A DNA stretch of 64,000 bases from Anthoceros angustus (taxonomy: Eukaryota; Plantae; Anthocerotophyta): contig MU008190.1 in the NCBI GenBank assembly GCA_010909165.1, positions 590,175 through 654,174 of the forward strand. The letters run 5' to 3'. Positions 1 to 14,000 of this stretch are shown one piece after another. The stretch's first letter is position 1; every line of letters starts with the position of its first letter. The position numbers were made by a program, and so were the translations under genes. The notes beneath the pieces were generated by a model, which saw nothing but the letters and a program-made list of their open reading frames with translations, ran no database searches and had not been told where the DNA came from.

Positions 1-543
1 GAGATTGTGGAAGGAGGAAGGTTAGATGAGTAGAGAAGAAGAGAGCGTTGTTGATTGAGAAGGTTGTGAGGAGAATTAGAGCGTAGGAAAAGCGGAGGCC
101 ATAGGCGAGCCTAAGGGACGAATCCCAACTGCAAGTAAGAGGGCGCCCCTGTGGAGAAGAGTGTCTTAGGAGTAGGGACGGTTGCGGTGTGGGTCGGGTC
201 CCACAGGCGCCCGTGATAGCTGCCTTTTGTTAAGGCGTGACACCTGGTGTGTGGTGTCGTTGTAGGTTGAGGCTTGGTGAATTCTGAGCGCAGGCGTGGG
301 CGCTGGCAGGGAGGCGTGAGGGCGCCTTGCTTGTTTAGAAGGCTGAGGTGGTGTGTAGGTGCGGTGTGTGGTTCTCAAGATTGATTGTTCCCCAAGTCTC
401 ATGGGACGAAACCCAGCGTCTGGCAGCGGGTGGGATAAGTGTGGCCGCTAGAGGGTGCATCTGGAGCCCCGGATGCCTCCCACAAAGAGTCGACTGAATC
501 ACATCGAGTGCAGTGAACCTAGGCGGCTATGGGAAGGTTGTGA
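1..543 (-). mobile_element. Fragment of a dispersed retroelement-associated repeat (reverse-complement homolog of ~58200-58660 and ~59850-60290)
   Basis: The reverse complement matches motifs such as 'cctacaacgac/tac..caca', 'ctatcacg.gcgcctgtgg.accc' and 'ccctac..taagac' found in the 58-60 kb repeat copies. Confidence 0.65.
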
Positions 544-1561
544 TCATCGCCCAGAGAACACTTTCGGATGTCCTGTGGCGGTGTATGACTCAAGGAGTCT
601 TTGTTGAGCAGATATGTGATGTTGCTCCACTGTCCATATACCAATAAGCGGTGGCCGGCTTAGAGGATGCAAGACAAATAGTGAGCACACGTGTTGTTGA
701 TGAAGAGTGTTTCTTCGAAGCAACATGAGCGGCAGGCGGGGCCTCTGATCTAGGTTCCCCATTCTTCTTCTTTCTACAGTCCTTTTCCATGTGATTAGGA
801 ATTTTGCACCAATTACAAATAAGTCCAATCTTTTTGTTACCCCTGGAAGGCGTGGAAGAGCTGGATTCGCCATGAGATTTGTTTGGTGTGGAATAAGCAG
901 GTCTATTGGAAGGAGAACTTTTGCCGCGTCCTTTCCTCTGCCTCTTCCAGCATACATCACATGTTGTCGGCTGGACTTGGGCTCATGGCGGTGACTGGAC
1001 TCCTCCTGAATCATGGCTCCGATGAGTTCTGCGACATTGATGTCGAGGTCGTCGTCTGCATCGAAGCCGCCCGAATTCTTTTGGGCTTGTCGAACCACGC
1101 TCGTGTGGTGAGAAATGGTGGGAGGTGGGAGGGATATCAAGAGAACAAGGAATGCAACAAGTTCGGAGGCGGAGGTGTTGGTGGCGACTTCATATTGAGA
1201 TCTAGCTTGGCGAAAGTGTTCATATGGTGTTCGTGATTCCTTCATCTTGATTGAAGAGGTTGCGCATCGCGGTCATCATACTCATCACATCTCTTGAAGA
1301 ATATAAGCGAGCAAGGTGATCCCACATCTGTTTAGAAGTTTTGCTTGGCATTGTCTTACCATGTTAAGTGCTAGTCCACCGATCGGAGGTCTTGAGCTTT
1401 TTCATCCAGCGTCCCGGTTTCTTTGCTCTCGGATCCCACATGTGCGGTGTGGACCCACTTACAACGTCCCATAGGTCTCGATTGCGGAAAAGTGCACGCG
1501 TCGCGCGTAAACGTCGTCCTTTGCCCATTGAATCATCCTTCTCCTTAAAAGCTGTCACCAT
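544..1561 (-). mobile_element. Ty1/Copia gag-protease pseudogene, 3'-truncated
   Basis: Frameshifted gag N-terminus (DLWDVVSG), UBN2-like region (..KMKES..), zinc-knuckle remnant (HMEKDCRKKK) and Copia protease motif WYMDSGATSHIC. Confidence 0.85.
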
Positions 1562-2412
1562 AGTTGTGATTCACCACGGAAGGTCGTACTTCATCTTTGG
1601 GTGGATCCTTCCTCTCCTCTCTCTCTCTCTTGTCGTCATGTTGTTGTTTCTCCTCTAGATTCGTCCGCGTCGGAACCGGCCATTGCGGTGGTCACTCGCA
1701 ACTTAAGAGGCTAAGGGCCTACGCATTTCCTCATCATCATGCATGAAATACTGGGCGGAAGGAGCAAGGCAAGGAGGAATCTTTTCTCTACTGGCGTGTT
1801 TGTCAGGATGACAAGCGATAAAGAGAAAGTTTGATGATGGTTTCGACAAGATGTTATGCTCAGGCGCTCATTGAGATCACGCACTTCTCTTGATAACTCC
1901 TCTATGCTTAATCTGCGTTGTTGTGAACCTGCATTGGAGAAGAAAGAGGACACCTTGTAGATTTGGGATATGATCAAGAGCGAGTTCTATTGCTTTCACT
2001 TGACTTAAACTAAAGATAGTAAGCAAGTTTCTTCTAGCAATTTCTATTTGCCTCCTTGATCTTCTACTTTGATTAGAATAGAGCCAATGAAGTTAGCAAT
2101 AAGTATGGAATCTCCTACTATCGGCTATACTTCCTAGCAATTCTAATCTTTGCATTCCTGTATTCTATATCTTGTCTTGCAGCCTTAATCTTCTTCCAAT
2201 AGCCTTGCGAGGATTAAAAGAATCCATCGCATTGGAGCAAGGATTGGATGCAGTGTGCATTATTGAAGATTAGGGAACACGCAAACATGACAGCAATCTT
2301 TGGCATGCAATCTAAAGAATCTATACATCTTCTAAAAAGAAATGAAGAAGAAGATGAAGAAGAAGAGTAGATCAGCATGTCAAGTTGCCCAATGCAAATA
2401 GAGAGCAGCGAT

Positions 2413-2706
2413 GCTCTGATACCATGATGAGAATCATAGCTGCTCTAGATAGCAAAACATAGCAAACAGATAGTAGAAAGCTTTGCACAAAAGAGTTGTA
2501 TGCATTAATTATAATAGAAAGTACAAAGCCTTTATATAGGCTAGGTGGTTATAACCATAAGGTGGTTGTAACCATAAGTAGTTCTAACCTCTAGGTGGTT
2601 GTAACAACTAACTACTAAATAAACTACCTAAAGCCCTAAGAACTAAATTAATTAATAGTCTTAGGTGCCCTAGTGAAGAGTGCCCTAAATAGGTCATATT
2701 TCATCA
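2413..2706 (-). mobile_element. Copia-type 5' LTR (2425-2706) with tRNA-Met primer-binding site (2413-2424)
   Basis: GCTCTGATACCA (reverse complement of PBS TGGTATCAGAGC) directly abuts an AT-rich 282-bp block with termini TGATGA...TCATCA. Confidence 0.85.
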
Positions 2707-3112
2707 GTATCCTCCGCTCACCTTCCCTCATGTTCCCCAGTTACACTACCGTACAACCGACGCACGCACAAGCACTGGATGAGGAATGGCGATGGCAATT
2801 TCGACAGGGGGGAGGTGTACGTATTGACAAGCGGGGAGGACAGTGTGCAGTGGCTGGATGCAAATGGAGTGGTGTGTGAGGTGGACAATGATGCATTGGT
2901 GACAGCCTTGATAACAATCCCGTTTGCACCTTACGGTGCTTGGTTTAGCGTTGTGTGTTCCGATGAGGCGGGTTGCGCTCCGTGTTCGTCACGGTCCGTC
3001 CGGCCCCTCTACACCTCTCGATGGCCTTCCGCGCTCCGGCCTGGCGGCCGCCGATGTCCTGCCCTTGAAGAGCAAGTATCGCGGCTTCTCCACACCTGCA
3101 ATCACCACCCAA

Positions 3113-4119
3113 TGTTAGGGGGTTCATCACCAGACCTTGGATAGTTCTCTACGGAGTAGTCCGCGCGCTCGTTGGCTCGAGACTCGCGCTAGCACTTGAC
3201 TCTCAGGAGCCTGAATGTACAACGCGATATCAACCCCAAAAGAAAAATGATATTACTGGGACGGTAAACCCCCTCTCATATTGCTTCCCAAGGCAGTGCC
3301 TTTATTACATCCCTAAAATTGGCTTTTCCACCAGCTACCTCTACACATACAAGTGATGCCAGATCTCTGCGCGTGTCTACCTACGTCTCCTGCGGTGAGG
3401 CTATTGTTGACTGCGGCTGACTCCCAACTCTGGCAGCCCAATCCCTAACTCTGGTGCCTAAGGAGCGCCCAATCTGATTATTCTTGACCCCTGCACCCCC
3501 GCAGAAGCTCTACCCCTTCCTCGAATCTGGTCAGGCTATGCCACCGGGGGTGGGCTGACAACCGCTGTCACTATTAAATCTTCCTCCGGCTCAGCTGACA
3601 GCTACACTGGGATCTTCGCGCTGCCCCCTTGTGCTATGGTGGGTCCCCTACCCCCGGGTTCGTCCAAGGTCTGTCTGCCTTGGGCTTGTTGGGTCTGTTC
3701 CCCAACCAAGTCCCCCCCTTAACGTTGGAGGGCGGACTTCTGGGTCCGCCCCACCACAGGAGTCCAGACTTCCGGGTCCGTCCCCATATCAAGAGTACGG
3801 ACTTAAAGGTCCGGCCTCACCTCAGGGGTCTAGAGCTCTTAGTCCCGACCCGCCTCAGGAGTCTGGACCTCTAAGTCCGGACCCGCCTCAGGAGTCTGGA
3901 CCTCTAAGTCCGGACCCACCTCTTGAAGCTCGGCGCCTCCCTGCACCGGGCCATCTTCCCCTCCCGGCCTTCCTTCCTCCGGAGCATTTTCCCTTACACC
4001 CCATAAGAGCTGAAGAGGGAAGGCGCAAGTTGGGCAACGGAAAGAAAAATTGGAAGACATGTCTACTACGACATTATTCATGTACTTTTCTTTCACGCTC
4101 TTTCGCAAACAGGGTATAA
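3113..4119. mobile_element. LTR-like segment plus GC-rich repeat region of the family also seen at 46.3-47.9 kb
   Basis: Starts 'tgttagggggttcatcaccagaccttg', similar to 46307 'gttagggtccgctcaccagaccttg'; shares 'gagtc[ct]ggacctcta' motifs. Confidence 0.5.
3836..3920 (+). repeat. 33-bp tandem repeat, ~2.5 copies (SPDPPQESGPL-coding)
   Basis: ctctaagtccggacccgcctcaggagtctggac repeated. Confidence 0.85.
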
Positions 4120-5099
4120 GCTATTGAAGGTTCCTCGGTTTCAGCTTGACAGTGATTTCGTGAATTTTGGGATAGTACCAGACTATTAAACACCTATTTC
4201 AGCCCAAGAGCTTGAAGTGGAAACAAGGCAAGCCAAACCCTTTGTAGTCCACAAACCAAACTCCGAGGGCGTTTTCAGCAACCGAGAATGCAAAAGAAGC
4301 GAGTCACTCGAACGGAACCAATTGCATGGGGCGTTCGCCCAATTCGAATGGGTATCATAAAATTGCCCGCGTCAATCAAAAACTAAATCAACGATCTTGT
4401 AAAATGAGCAGGAAATGTGACGTACTTTGATTACACAGCCCGTCCAAAAGCGTCAAAACAATATAAAAAAGGACACATACAACCTTGTGCAGTTACGCAT
4501 TTACGAAGGAAAAGAATCCTTCGTCCAAAGACATTTGCCGAAATCGCGCCTTCCGAGCCCGTCGAGGGTGGTGTCCAAAAATGTCGGACGTCCGTGCCAC
4601 ATAGACGAATCCTCCACCGCTCATACTACGGCATGTGATTGATACAAAACGGAAGATTGTAAAGTGGACAATTCAACTATTCTTGTAAGGGTGGAGAAGT
4701 CATGACCAAACGTCCTTTCTCGAGGCACGTCTCGGATGTAAAATGGTGCGATTGGGAGTTGATTTGGTGCTTGCTACAACTACAGGAGGATAATTGTCAT
4801 CAATTGAAATCGAGGGAACCCATTAAGATGAATGAAGTACCTCATGATCTATGAATCTTGTCCTCTGAAACTTTGATCTGGGTTAACCCAGATCACTATG
4901 GTTAAACCTCCACCAGCAAATAGTACAAACTATTTAGCCACGCTGCTTAGGAGGTGTAACCTAGATCTCAGGGTCGTTTGGCCCGAAGTTCATCACACGA
5001 TTCGAGCCCAACACCATCGGACTCATCAATAGGGACATCCGTGCATCCGAGTCCGATAAATGGGCGAAGGCACTCCTCCGGATGACACTTGGTCCGAGT

Positions 5100-6826
5100 A
5101 CGAGGGACCATCGGCTTTCCACCGTTGTCCGAATAGGTTTTCCCGAATGCGCTCTTGAGACTCTTTCCTCAAGCTGACGAGTGGGGTAAAGCCGTAAAAG
5201 CAAAATCACGGTTTGAAAACAAAAGTTTGGACATTTGGTCACATGCTCTTCCACGGCCTCCATGCCTTCTCCCTTTGGTAGTCCGAGCATCCCTCCCAAT
5301 CTTTACTCGTACATATTCGCCAAATGCGTTGGTGTGGTTCGTCACCCACCAATGCGCTTCTAAATAAGGCATGTCGCAGGAGAAATCCACATCATCCACC
5401 CTTGCAATCCAGAAGGGGCGGTTTTGGACATCCCCTTCTGCAAGAACGGCAACCATCATTCCCGAGCAGATCTCGGCCACATCACCATTCAAAGCATCTT
5501 CTTCTCTCTCTCGTCGCTCTACTTGTTGGTAAGGTCCCAAGTACATCACTCTCCGCATCATCGGCCTAGGCCTGACTTCAGGTACTTCTGCTACATCTGG
5601 CACCGTGAAGGGTTGTCTATTGGCCTCCGCACTTTTCCTGTCATACCATCTCCAAGGCGTGGAGGCGGAAGATCCTTCCCTCCATCAAGGCACGGACGAG
5701 CCTCCCTGGTCTTTCCAACAAGCTCCACCAAACCCGATCCTCGCAGGATATAGCGGATGAAGCTTTCGAGACCGTCTCAAATTTGAAAATAACAATAGGC
5801 GCTTTTGCTGCCGGTGTGTCCTCTTTGGCTGTAAACCAACCAGAGGAGCCGCGAATGTCGTGGTTGGAATCCTTCTCGAGGCGAAGGCTCCTCCTCCCAG
5901 TATAGATGTGGAGAACTCTTTGCTTGGATAAGCGTGATGGCCCCATGCCCATCTCGATCTTCTTTTGTAATCTTGAATTGATGCTGGAAAGAGATATTGT
6001 TCAGTTGCTCAACAGCAGCAAACCGGTCAAATCCTCTGGACCCTTTCTTGATTGGCCATACAAAACTTCTAAAGTCAGGCACCTCAGTAAGACACTTCAC
6101 TTGAGGTCTCGGAAAATATGCCTTCTCTAAAATAGCCTGCATTTGAGGCAAAGTAAAAGCCTCCTTGTGCCGCAGGACGGTCGAAAATCGGCTAAACATT
6201 TGATCGATCCGGTCATGTGTCCAACCATCAAGAAACCAACCTTGATCTTCTAAAACGCCCAACTCGATAAGCATATTCAAATAAGCAAATAGTAGCTGGT
6301 TCTTGTTCTCTCTCATTGTGTTGTCTAACTGTACAACACTTCGAAGCACTCTCGTACCGGATGATATCCGGATGATCCCGATGGTCGATTGGAATCATTA
6401 CGAAGGTTAGGAAAGGTAAGATATACCTTGGTGGTCAAATTATAATTGTGCACCATGCACCCAACCACATGAATATTCACCAAGCGTCCGAAAAGCACTT
6501 TGGCGTATGCGAGTCCGGTCTTGTTGATCCATACCGTCAATAGAGGTCCCATGTAGTGGTGTGGCTCGGTAGCATTTTCCTCTATGTTTGATCATCTTGG
6601 CTGATTCGCTATCACACAGACTGTGGTCCTCCAAGTCTTCCTCTAGTTTCTCTGCGGGAATAGGCATGCACAGTTCACTCGTCCTCGCCAGCGGAGACCA
6701 AGTGCCGGACGTCCGAGGCGAGACAAAGATTGAACAAGAGCACCAAATGAGACAATCTAAATTCTCCTCATTTCGACAACGAAGGATAGTTCGAAAGGTA
6801 TGCCTCTCGATGCACAAGTGATGCAC
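5100..6826 (-). pseudogene. DUF7869/Sola1-like DDD transposase, catalytic core and C-terminal domain (copy 1)
   Basis: Motifs IDGMDQ (6524-6541), LDNTMRENKN (~6299-6328), xTHDRIDQMFSRFS (~6185-6227), then a C-terminal SH3/Tudor-like segment RPFWIARV...HWW. Multiple frameshifts. Confidence 0.85.
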
Positions 6827-6879
6827 GGGAACAATGGCCCCTTGGACTCGAGTCTAGCCGGCAGCGCCCGCGACGGGAC

Positions 6880-7260
6880 TCCCGGGCGCCCGAGTCAGGC
6901 CGCTACGCGGACGTCCGATAGCAAGCAATGCTCCCATCTAGGCAGAGCGCGGTGGTGAGCCGGACGTCCGCTTGGGAGAATTGTTGCTCATCGCCCAGTC
7001 CGTGGCGATCATGAGACATCCGGCGAAGCCTTTGGCTTCTGGGTGGGCCGCCTCATGCCGGACGTCCGGCGCACTAGGCAATCTTGCCACTGGGCGGGTC
7101 GGTGACAGCAGCCGGATGTCCGACTGCGAGCAATGCTCCCTGGCGCGAGTCCGCGGAGCAATGCTCACCGGTGGGCGCCAGTCCGACTACTTGGCGGACA
7201 TCCAGCATGGGAGCAATGCTCCAGTGAGCCTTGATCGCCGCCGGACGTCTGGCGCAACTT
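6880..7260. repeat. ~50-bp-period GC-rich minisatellite built on palindromes CGGACGTCCG and GAGCAATGCTC
   Basis: Motif or 1-2-mismatch variants at ~6908, 6961, 7059, 7113, 7195 and 7242. Confidence 0.75.
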
Positions 7261-8099
7261 TTTTGGTAGGTTGCCTCGGTCACCGGAGCTCGCCTCGGTG
7301 GCCACACTTATCCACTGTTGAATACGTGGGTTCGATCCCAAGAGATTTGGTTCGATTATTTGCAGTCGTTCCTCTCACTCTCACTCTCGTCATTCGCGGT
7401 CTACTTGTCTCGGTGTGGGCAACAAGCTCGGTGTTATCGTTTATTGCTCCGGCGCGCTCCACGCCTTCCGGGATTCCCTCCACCTCAACACTCTCCTCTG
7501 CCAACTACAACGATCAATTCACTCTACTGGCGACACACCCATAGCCAACCTCTTCACCATTCTAAAAGAAACATAGCTCACGGACCACCACATACGGACT
7601 CACTTCATTCGATCCCCAAATCTAACTCTACCATAGCGTTCGCGGTTTGCTTCCTCCCTTGCGGCGCACAGGGTGACGGCTAGGTATTTCTCTCGGGCCG
7701 ATTGCGTATACGAACACACAGCGTAGTCGGCGCCACCTCTGCGAGGGCCACCCATGAAACACAAGCACATCCAACAACAATCTTTCCACGAGAGGAGGAG
7801 CTGCGTTGGCGAACCCACCGCGAGGGCCTCAGCCGAACCCACCCTTCGCCTTCTCGTCGCTTGGCGGGCGGTCAGCACACACACACAGGGATGCGCGGAG
7901 GCGAAGGATGCATGACAAAGCAAGGTCTGGTGTTTATTCATTCTTCCACCCTCCCTTTTATAGGTGGGGAGTCGGCCACTCGTGCTAGTTTAATGCTAGG
8001 CGACTTGCCAAGTCCAACAATAGGACTCTTGTCCCTTACGGTTCGTCCTCTCATTTCGTCCAGCTCACCTTGACGAATATCCTATCTCTATCTGCCGCC

Positions 8100-9684
8100 A
8101 CTCTTAAATACTCACACTTCCCAAGGTGTACCACTTGGGACAAAACGTCCTCTTGAAAGGTCCCTGACATCCTCGTTGCGCTTTTGTTAGCCCTCGCGGC
8201 TTCAATGTCTTCCCCTTGATGGGTCGCTTAGCCTTGCCCACCTCCGAGTCTTCTCCAGGACTATGCTGCCGCCTCGTCAGCCCCCTGGTAGGTCTTCCTT
8301 GTGGTAGGAGGTTCCATTCCTCCTACTCGTTCATCTCGATGGGTTCCTCCCCTCATCTCGTCTTCTTGGTAGGCGGTTCGTCTCCTACCTGTTTGGATCT
8401 TGCTATGGGTTCCTTCCCTCACAGGTTTCGTGACGGAGGTACCCTTCCTTAGGTCACCTCCTCCTCTTCAGCAGTTCCTACAGTAGGAACTTTGGTACCA
8501 TCCTACCATCGGTCTCTTCCTCCCGCTTGATAGCTCCACCGTCTCGGGAGGTTCCCGGCGTCGCCGTGGGTGCTTCTTGACTTGCTCGTTCGGCTATGTC
8601 TAGCCACTGCCTTTCCTTGTACCAACTCAAAGTTTGACCTCCGGGGCTGCCATTCCCAGCGTCGAGCGGTGAGGTCTTTCTTCGTCTTCCTCCTGGCGTT
8701 CCTCAATCGCTTCCTAGGAGGTTGTTGTAATGGTCGCCACCCTACCACTCTCCTTCTTTTGTCGTCCATGATCACGGACCCTTAGTGGGATGGCCTTTTC
8801 GTCCACACTGATTTGTCACTCCTACCAATGCGGCCTCTTTCTCCACTACGCTCCTCCAACTCCAGGGCCTCCCAATCTCCTTATCTTTCTCCATGGCTTC
8901 CATCGCCATGCGTTTTACTATGGCGGCGATCGCTCGCTTTGCTCCCCTCGAATGACAGACCCTCCAAAGATCGTTGGGCCATCAAAACTTCCTTCCGGCG
9001 GTTCCTTGCCTCCGTCTCATAGCGTGGGTAAGGTCGTCGGCCTTCTTTTCTTGCTCCAAAAGTTCTCTGTCTGAGCTCCTCTTTGTGACCCTTAGTCACA
9101 TTGTCCCATCCTTGTCGTTCCTTCACCAAGGCGTATTTTCCCTTGTAATGCTCCTTCCGTTGCTCCATGGCAACTAACTTCTTCGTAGGAGGTCCTTCTC
9201 GTCTTCAAGGTCCGCGGGCCTTGCTAGTATGAATCTTGCCTCCTCCTTGCTGCGTTCGATGTGTCCTACCCTTGCTAGGGTAGCTTCCAACTTTCATACG
9301 CCTCCTTCTGGCTTCCAACTCCTCGGCCTCTTGGCTGATTTTGCCTCATCCTAAGACACAGTCAATCATTTCCCACATTCACCAACTTGGTGGTCATCTG
9401 TCGCTCTTTGGCGGATCTCTAGCAGTGTTGCTTCTCGGAGGTGGTTTTGAGCTCCTCTCAATTTCTTCTCGGCATCCTCCGGCTCCTTTCGTAGGTCTCG
9501 AGTTGGCCACGAACTTGATTACCTCACCTTGACAGTCCACTAGGGCGTCCATAGATCCTGCGCCCACTTCCTTGACTCGGCAACTACCCTCATGGGATGC
9601 CGGTACATTCTCGAACACTTCTCGCCTCCTCCCATGGTGCGTGGGTCTAAGCGTTCCTTGGCGTTCTTCTCCACACCGCCTCAA
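8100..9684 (-). mobile_element. Degenerate charged/coiled-coil ORF remnant, probably retroelement-derived
   Basis: Purine-rich minus strand with fragmented E/K/R-rich ORFs, inside the nested insertion; no diagnostic motif. Confidence 0.35.
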
Positions 9685-9688
9685 GTCT

Positions 9689-10520
9689 TGTTACTACTTC
9701 ATTATTTTGCGAGGAGCGAAAAGCAGACTTTGTAAAAGAGATTAAACAAAATGTGTGTTTACAAATACATATGGTCTCACTATATATGCAACTCTATAAC
9801 GGTTCATATGATCAACCCTAACTAGCCGCACCCTTTCATATTTAACACTCCTCTAAAGGTAAGCTAGGTTAGGTTAAACGCGTTCACACCGCTCTGGAAA
9901 CGTTACGCCCGACTTCACGCCGTCGATTATTACGTGCGCTCGAGCCTAGCGTAAACTCCGCCGCCATAAGAATCCTCCAGACCATCCTCTTTACCATTTC
10001 TGTACTCAGCTTCGTTTGCGTCTTCATCCTCGAGCACCGCTCCACGCAGATGGAAAACATGAGGACTCGAAGGGAGCAGCTACGAGTGCCACAAGTGTAT
10101 CGAGAGAGGAAAGGAAGGATAATCCATGAGAAGGATTCGGTCATCATCACCACGAGGACACCATGTCCCTGGAGCAATGGTAGCAGTGTGAGCAACCGCC
10201 ACGCTAAACATGGTCCTTTGAGGAGGCGGGAGGACGGAGGCAAGAGCAACAACGGGATGCGCTACTCCATACATGCGGCCCCAATATTGGGCTGCCAAGC
10301 TAAAGATACCATGGAAAGAATAACATGGAGCTTATCTTGGAGACGGAGACACCATGGGTGATCAAGGCGGATGTGAAGCCGCTATATGAGAAGTATCGCG
10401 TTGCGGAGATTAGGTCTTAAGGTAAGCTTCATCCTCCATAGGCATCCATCTCCCTTCGTTTCACTAACGGAAATGTGTGAAGTGTCGGCGACTCTGTGTT
10501 CCTCCAAGGAAGGCGAGAAC
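9689..10520 (-). mobile_element. Internally deleted Copia remnant with 159-bp 3' LTR (9689-9847) and polypurine tract
   Basis: TGTTA...TAACA termini followed by CTCCTCT (PPT complement); GAG-pre-integrase-like LHIRLDHP near 10355-10380. Confidence 0.6.
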
Positions 10521-11233
10521 ACAACACAATTCCCAAGGGAATGGTTTGTGCCAAAGACGCTATCTTCTATCACTACCAACCTTTGCCTAAGCCGACGGAC
10601 CGCTACCACTTCTCGACTCTACTCAACTACGACTACCTCCTCTTATCCAACTACCACGGATCTAACTTCCCGACCGCAAATCCGCTCCACTGCCCGAGCC
10701 ACCACGGCTCTCTCACCACTAGTAGTTGCTACAACCACCGAGGTGGGTCCCACCAAACCCTAGCAACTCATCTCTCGGGCGCACGGCGCCATGGATCCTC
10801 GCACGGCCACCGCCACATCGTGTTATTCTCGACTCCACACTTCATGCGACTCGATTCCTAGGGACCAAAGTTCCTAGGATACCTCACACCCGCCTCACAC
10901 ACACACACACACACACACGTAAAGGGCGCCACCCCACACGATTTCCACCAAAACGTTGTTTCCTTGTGCACTTTCCATCAAGCACCGGTTCGAGTTTCAC
11001 AAACCACACACACATTCTCCACCTTAACGCCCAATTCCTCACCTTCTCTTCCACTTACGATCTCACACCTCGCATCACAAAGATTTGATCTCTCCTTCAC
11101 CCGATCTCTCTCTCTCTCTCTCTCCCTCAATTCACCCAAGAAGCTTCCAACCATCCACTCAACACACTCTCGATTTCGAACACAACACAATTCCCAAGGG
11201 AACTCGGGTTCCCACCCCACCCCACCAGATAAG

Positions 11234-11850
11234 TTATCCGAAATACTTGGTATAGTCACCGGGCCTAATACGAAGATGTTGGTAGTGTTTATGCTTTGCC
11301 AATCCTTTCGTTAGCACGTCTGCGACGTTGGAGTCTGTGTGCACATAACCCACCTTCACGACTCCACGCTCCACTACATCTCTAATGTAGTGATGTTGAA
11401 TTTCTATATGCTTATTGCGGGCGTGAAAGCGTGGCTTAGCGACAAGGGCTAAGGCTGACATGTTATCACACATGATAGGGGTAGGTGTCTGCTGGGTCTG
11501 GTCGAGGTCATGAAGGAAGGTCCTTTCCCATTCAGCCTCCTTTGAAGCATCATCAGATTTGTACCTTACATGGAAGACAGGCTATGGAAGATTGCTCCAT
11601 CACCCCTCCTCCCCCCATGGAGCAAGCTCGACCACCCCTAGGAGCCTCGACACCACCTCCGCTAATCGGACGTCTCCAACCAGCCACACGTGGGGATCTC
11701 AACCAGAGTTATCTGCGTGAGGGACATAAGTTGCCCTCTTATACATCGGCCGCCATGTTTTAGGTCCTAAGATGGCATGAAGGGACGCGCCCACAATTCG
11801 GAGCGATCCTAGGTCCAGGCAAGACCCCTAACCAAATTATCTTTAGGTTG
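11234..11850 (-). mobile_element. Copia RNase H / RT C-terminal pseudogene
   Basis: ASKEAEW..FLHDL...PIMCDNMSALALVAKPRFHARNKHIEIQHHYIRDVVERG...NVADVLTKGL. Confidence 0.92.
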
Positions 11851-12199
11851 CTACCACCTCGCCACGCTTATCTCGCGCCTACCTCGACTTGGCTGCCCGC
11901 CCACGTCCTCCATTGCCGCCACGAGCCTCTCCACGCCACTGGTCGGACAGTTTTCCACACTACTTCCACCTCACCGCCACCGCTGACGCCAATTTGAGGT
12001 GTACTGGGCTTCCGTGATCTTCCGCCGCCTATTGCCGAGGATTATTACTGCCCCTCGCCCACCCAAGCTCGGACCTCCTCCTCGCTCAACTCCTCCAAAG
12101 TCGCCTCCGTGATAATAGGGGCCAACCCCCACACTGCGCAGTGGTAGAAGTATGCACTGGGTCCTCACTTGTGAGGTAGGCCCCGATCCCTCCTATTTC

Positions 12200-14000
12200 C
12201 ACACGCACATGGATGTGAAGGTTAAGCACGCTTCTCCATTCACATATAGACCAGAACATAAGTTTCCTCATCCATGTGTAAATATAATAGGACCTCGCCG
12301 CACCGAGGTGCTTACCCTCCTCCCGTAGGCTACACCGCCTCGTCCATGTCCTCGCGAGGCGCCACGCCGCTCCCGCCGCCTCCGCCCGCCTCGCTTGGAT
12401 GCGCCAATGTCGGTAGCGGTTCTACCGCTAGTGGACTCCACGACGCGCTGCTCAAAGAACCTGGTAGGTGAGGTTTCGCCACCTGCTGTCGCTTCCTTCC
12501 GCCGGTAGTTCCTTCCGCTACTCACCGTGGGTCCTGCTACTCGCCTCTTCCCTTTGTCTTTTCTGCCCGCCACGTGCCTCATCCCGCCCCGCTTATATCG
12601 CCTCCGCTAGCTTATGGGCCTTTTCCACCGAGGCCGCCTCGCCTCCCCGGGCTCGCAACAACTCCCCGCATCTCCCGGTTCGCCTCGGGCATCCTTAATT
12701 TGAGCCATGAGTGCTTCCTCACCGCTCCATGGCTTGCAACTTCTCCCGGCCCCGCACAAATCTTCTTGAATCTTGGCCCTTATTTCCTCTAGGTTCCGCT
12801 TCCTCCAGCTTGCGCTTGGCCTCCCTTCACAAACCCGGCCTTCACCACTTCCTCCCGCCGCCGCACACCGAGCCGTGAGAGCTAAAGCCGCTTGATCCAA
12901 CAACCGCTTGGGCCCGGATCATCGACGTGGTCACCCGCAAGTCCACTTGTTGTGGCGGCCGCCAGACGCCATCCTCCGCCGAGAACTTTCCTCCCAAGAA
13001 GGTGCGCACCTCACCAATTCGCTGCATCCACCTCTGCTGCTGGAGTCCCCTTGAAAATCTCTTCCCATGCCGAGGGGGGGTCCGCTCGAGGTCGCCCTAA
13101 ACCCTCGGAGTTGATTCATCATCCGCATCCGTGCCAAGAAATTGTCCCTGATCGCGCCTCCTCTTCGCCACCTCCAACCGCCGCTTTCATTTTCTCAGGC
13201 GCCTGCTGACCGGTGACGCCATCCGCCTTCACCTTTTCGCCGATGCCCGCCTTCACCCCGGTCTTTTGCTGGTGGGAATTTCCTTCTCCTCCGAACCGCC
13301 TGCCACCGACTCCGCCTATCCGATTTTTCCTCCTTGGGCTCCTCCGCCTTCCACTTCACCTCCTAACCGGCTTCCACATGTGGAGGAGGCCACTCCACCT
13401 CCGCGTGCAAACATAAAGATGGACCAGAAATGGTGAGATTAGAGAGGGCCGAGGGTAGAGAAATCGTTCAACCTCTTCACACAACTTGTCAAGAGAATTC
13501 GCCTCAATCGATTTTCGCCTTGACCACTTCATGAAGGAACAGAAGTGGTCGGACAAATAATCCCGCTTCTTGGTCAGGAAACATAGGAGCCACTGCACTC
13601 CATCAATCTTGCCAAATCCTCACAACCAAATTGGGTTCGACCACGCCCGCTTTAACTGTATGCGCCGTTCTTTCCGGACGGCTCCATCACCAAACCGCCC
13701 GCCTCCTCCATCGCGCCCATACACCCTCCTAACCACCTGTGTCCCAATCCCGCGGGCCTAAATCCCCCGTCGTTGTCCTTCGTGGCGCGCACTCCTGCAC
13801 ACTCCCAAGTTCATGTAATTCCACCGTTCTTCCATGAAACCCAGCCTCAGCCCTTCACCAGCCTCACTGAACTTTCCAATGATCCATGTTTGGCCATTGG
13901 GCAAGCATGTGACCTTGGGCGCCATCCTCTCACCTCCCGGCCTCGCCACAAACCAACGCCACCTCACATCCCGGGCCTGTGGTTCCTACCTCCTCGCAAG
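12200..14000 (-). pseudogene. Retroelement accessory ORF remnant, homologous to 55114-56118
   Basis: LTKKRDYLS...PRPSLISPFLVHLY aligns with VNYQRTSYLS...PRPCYLSTYLVHLW. Confidence 0.55.
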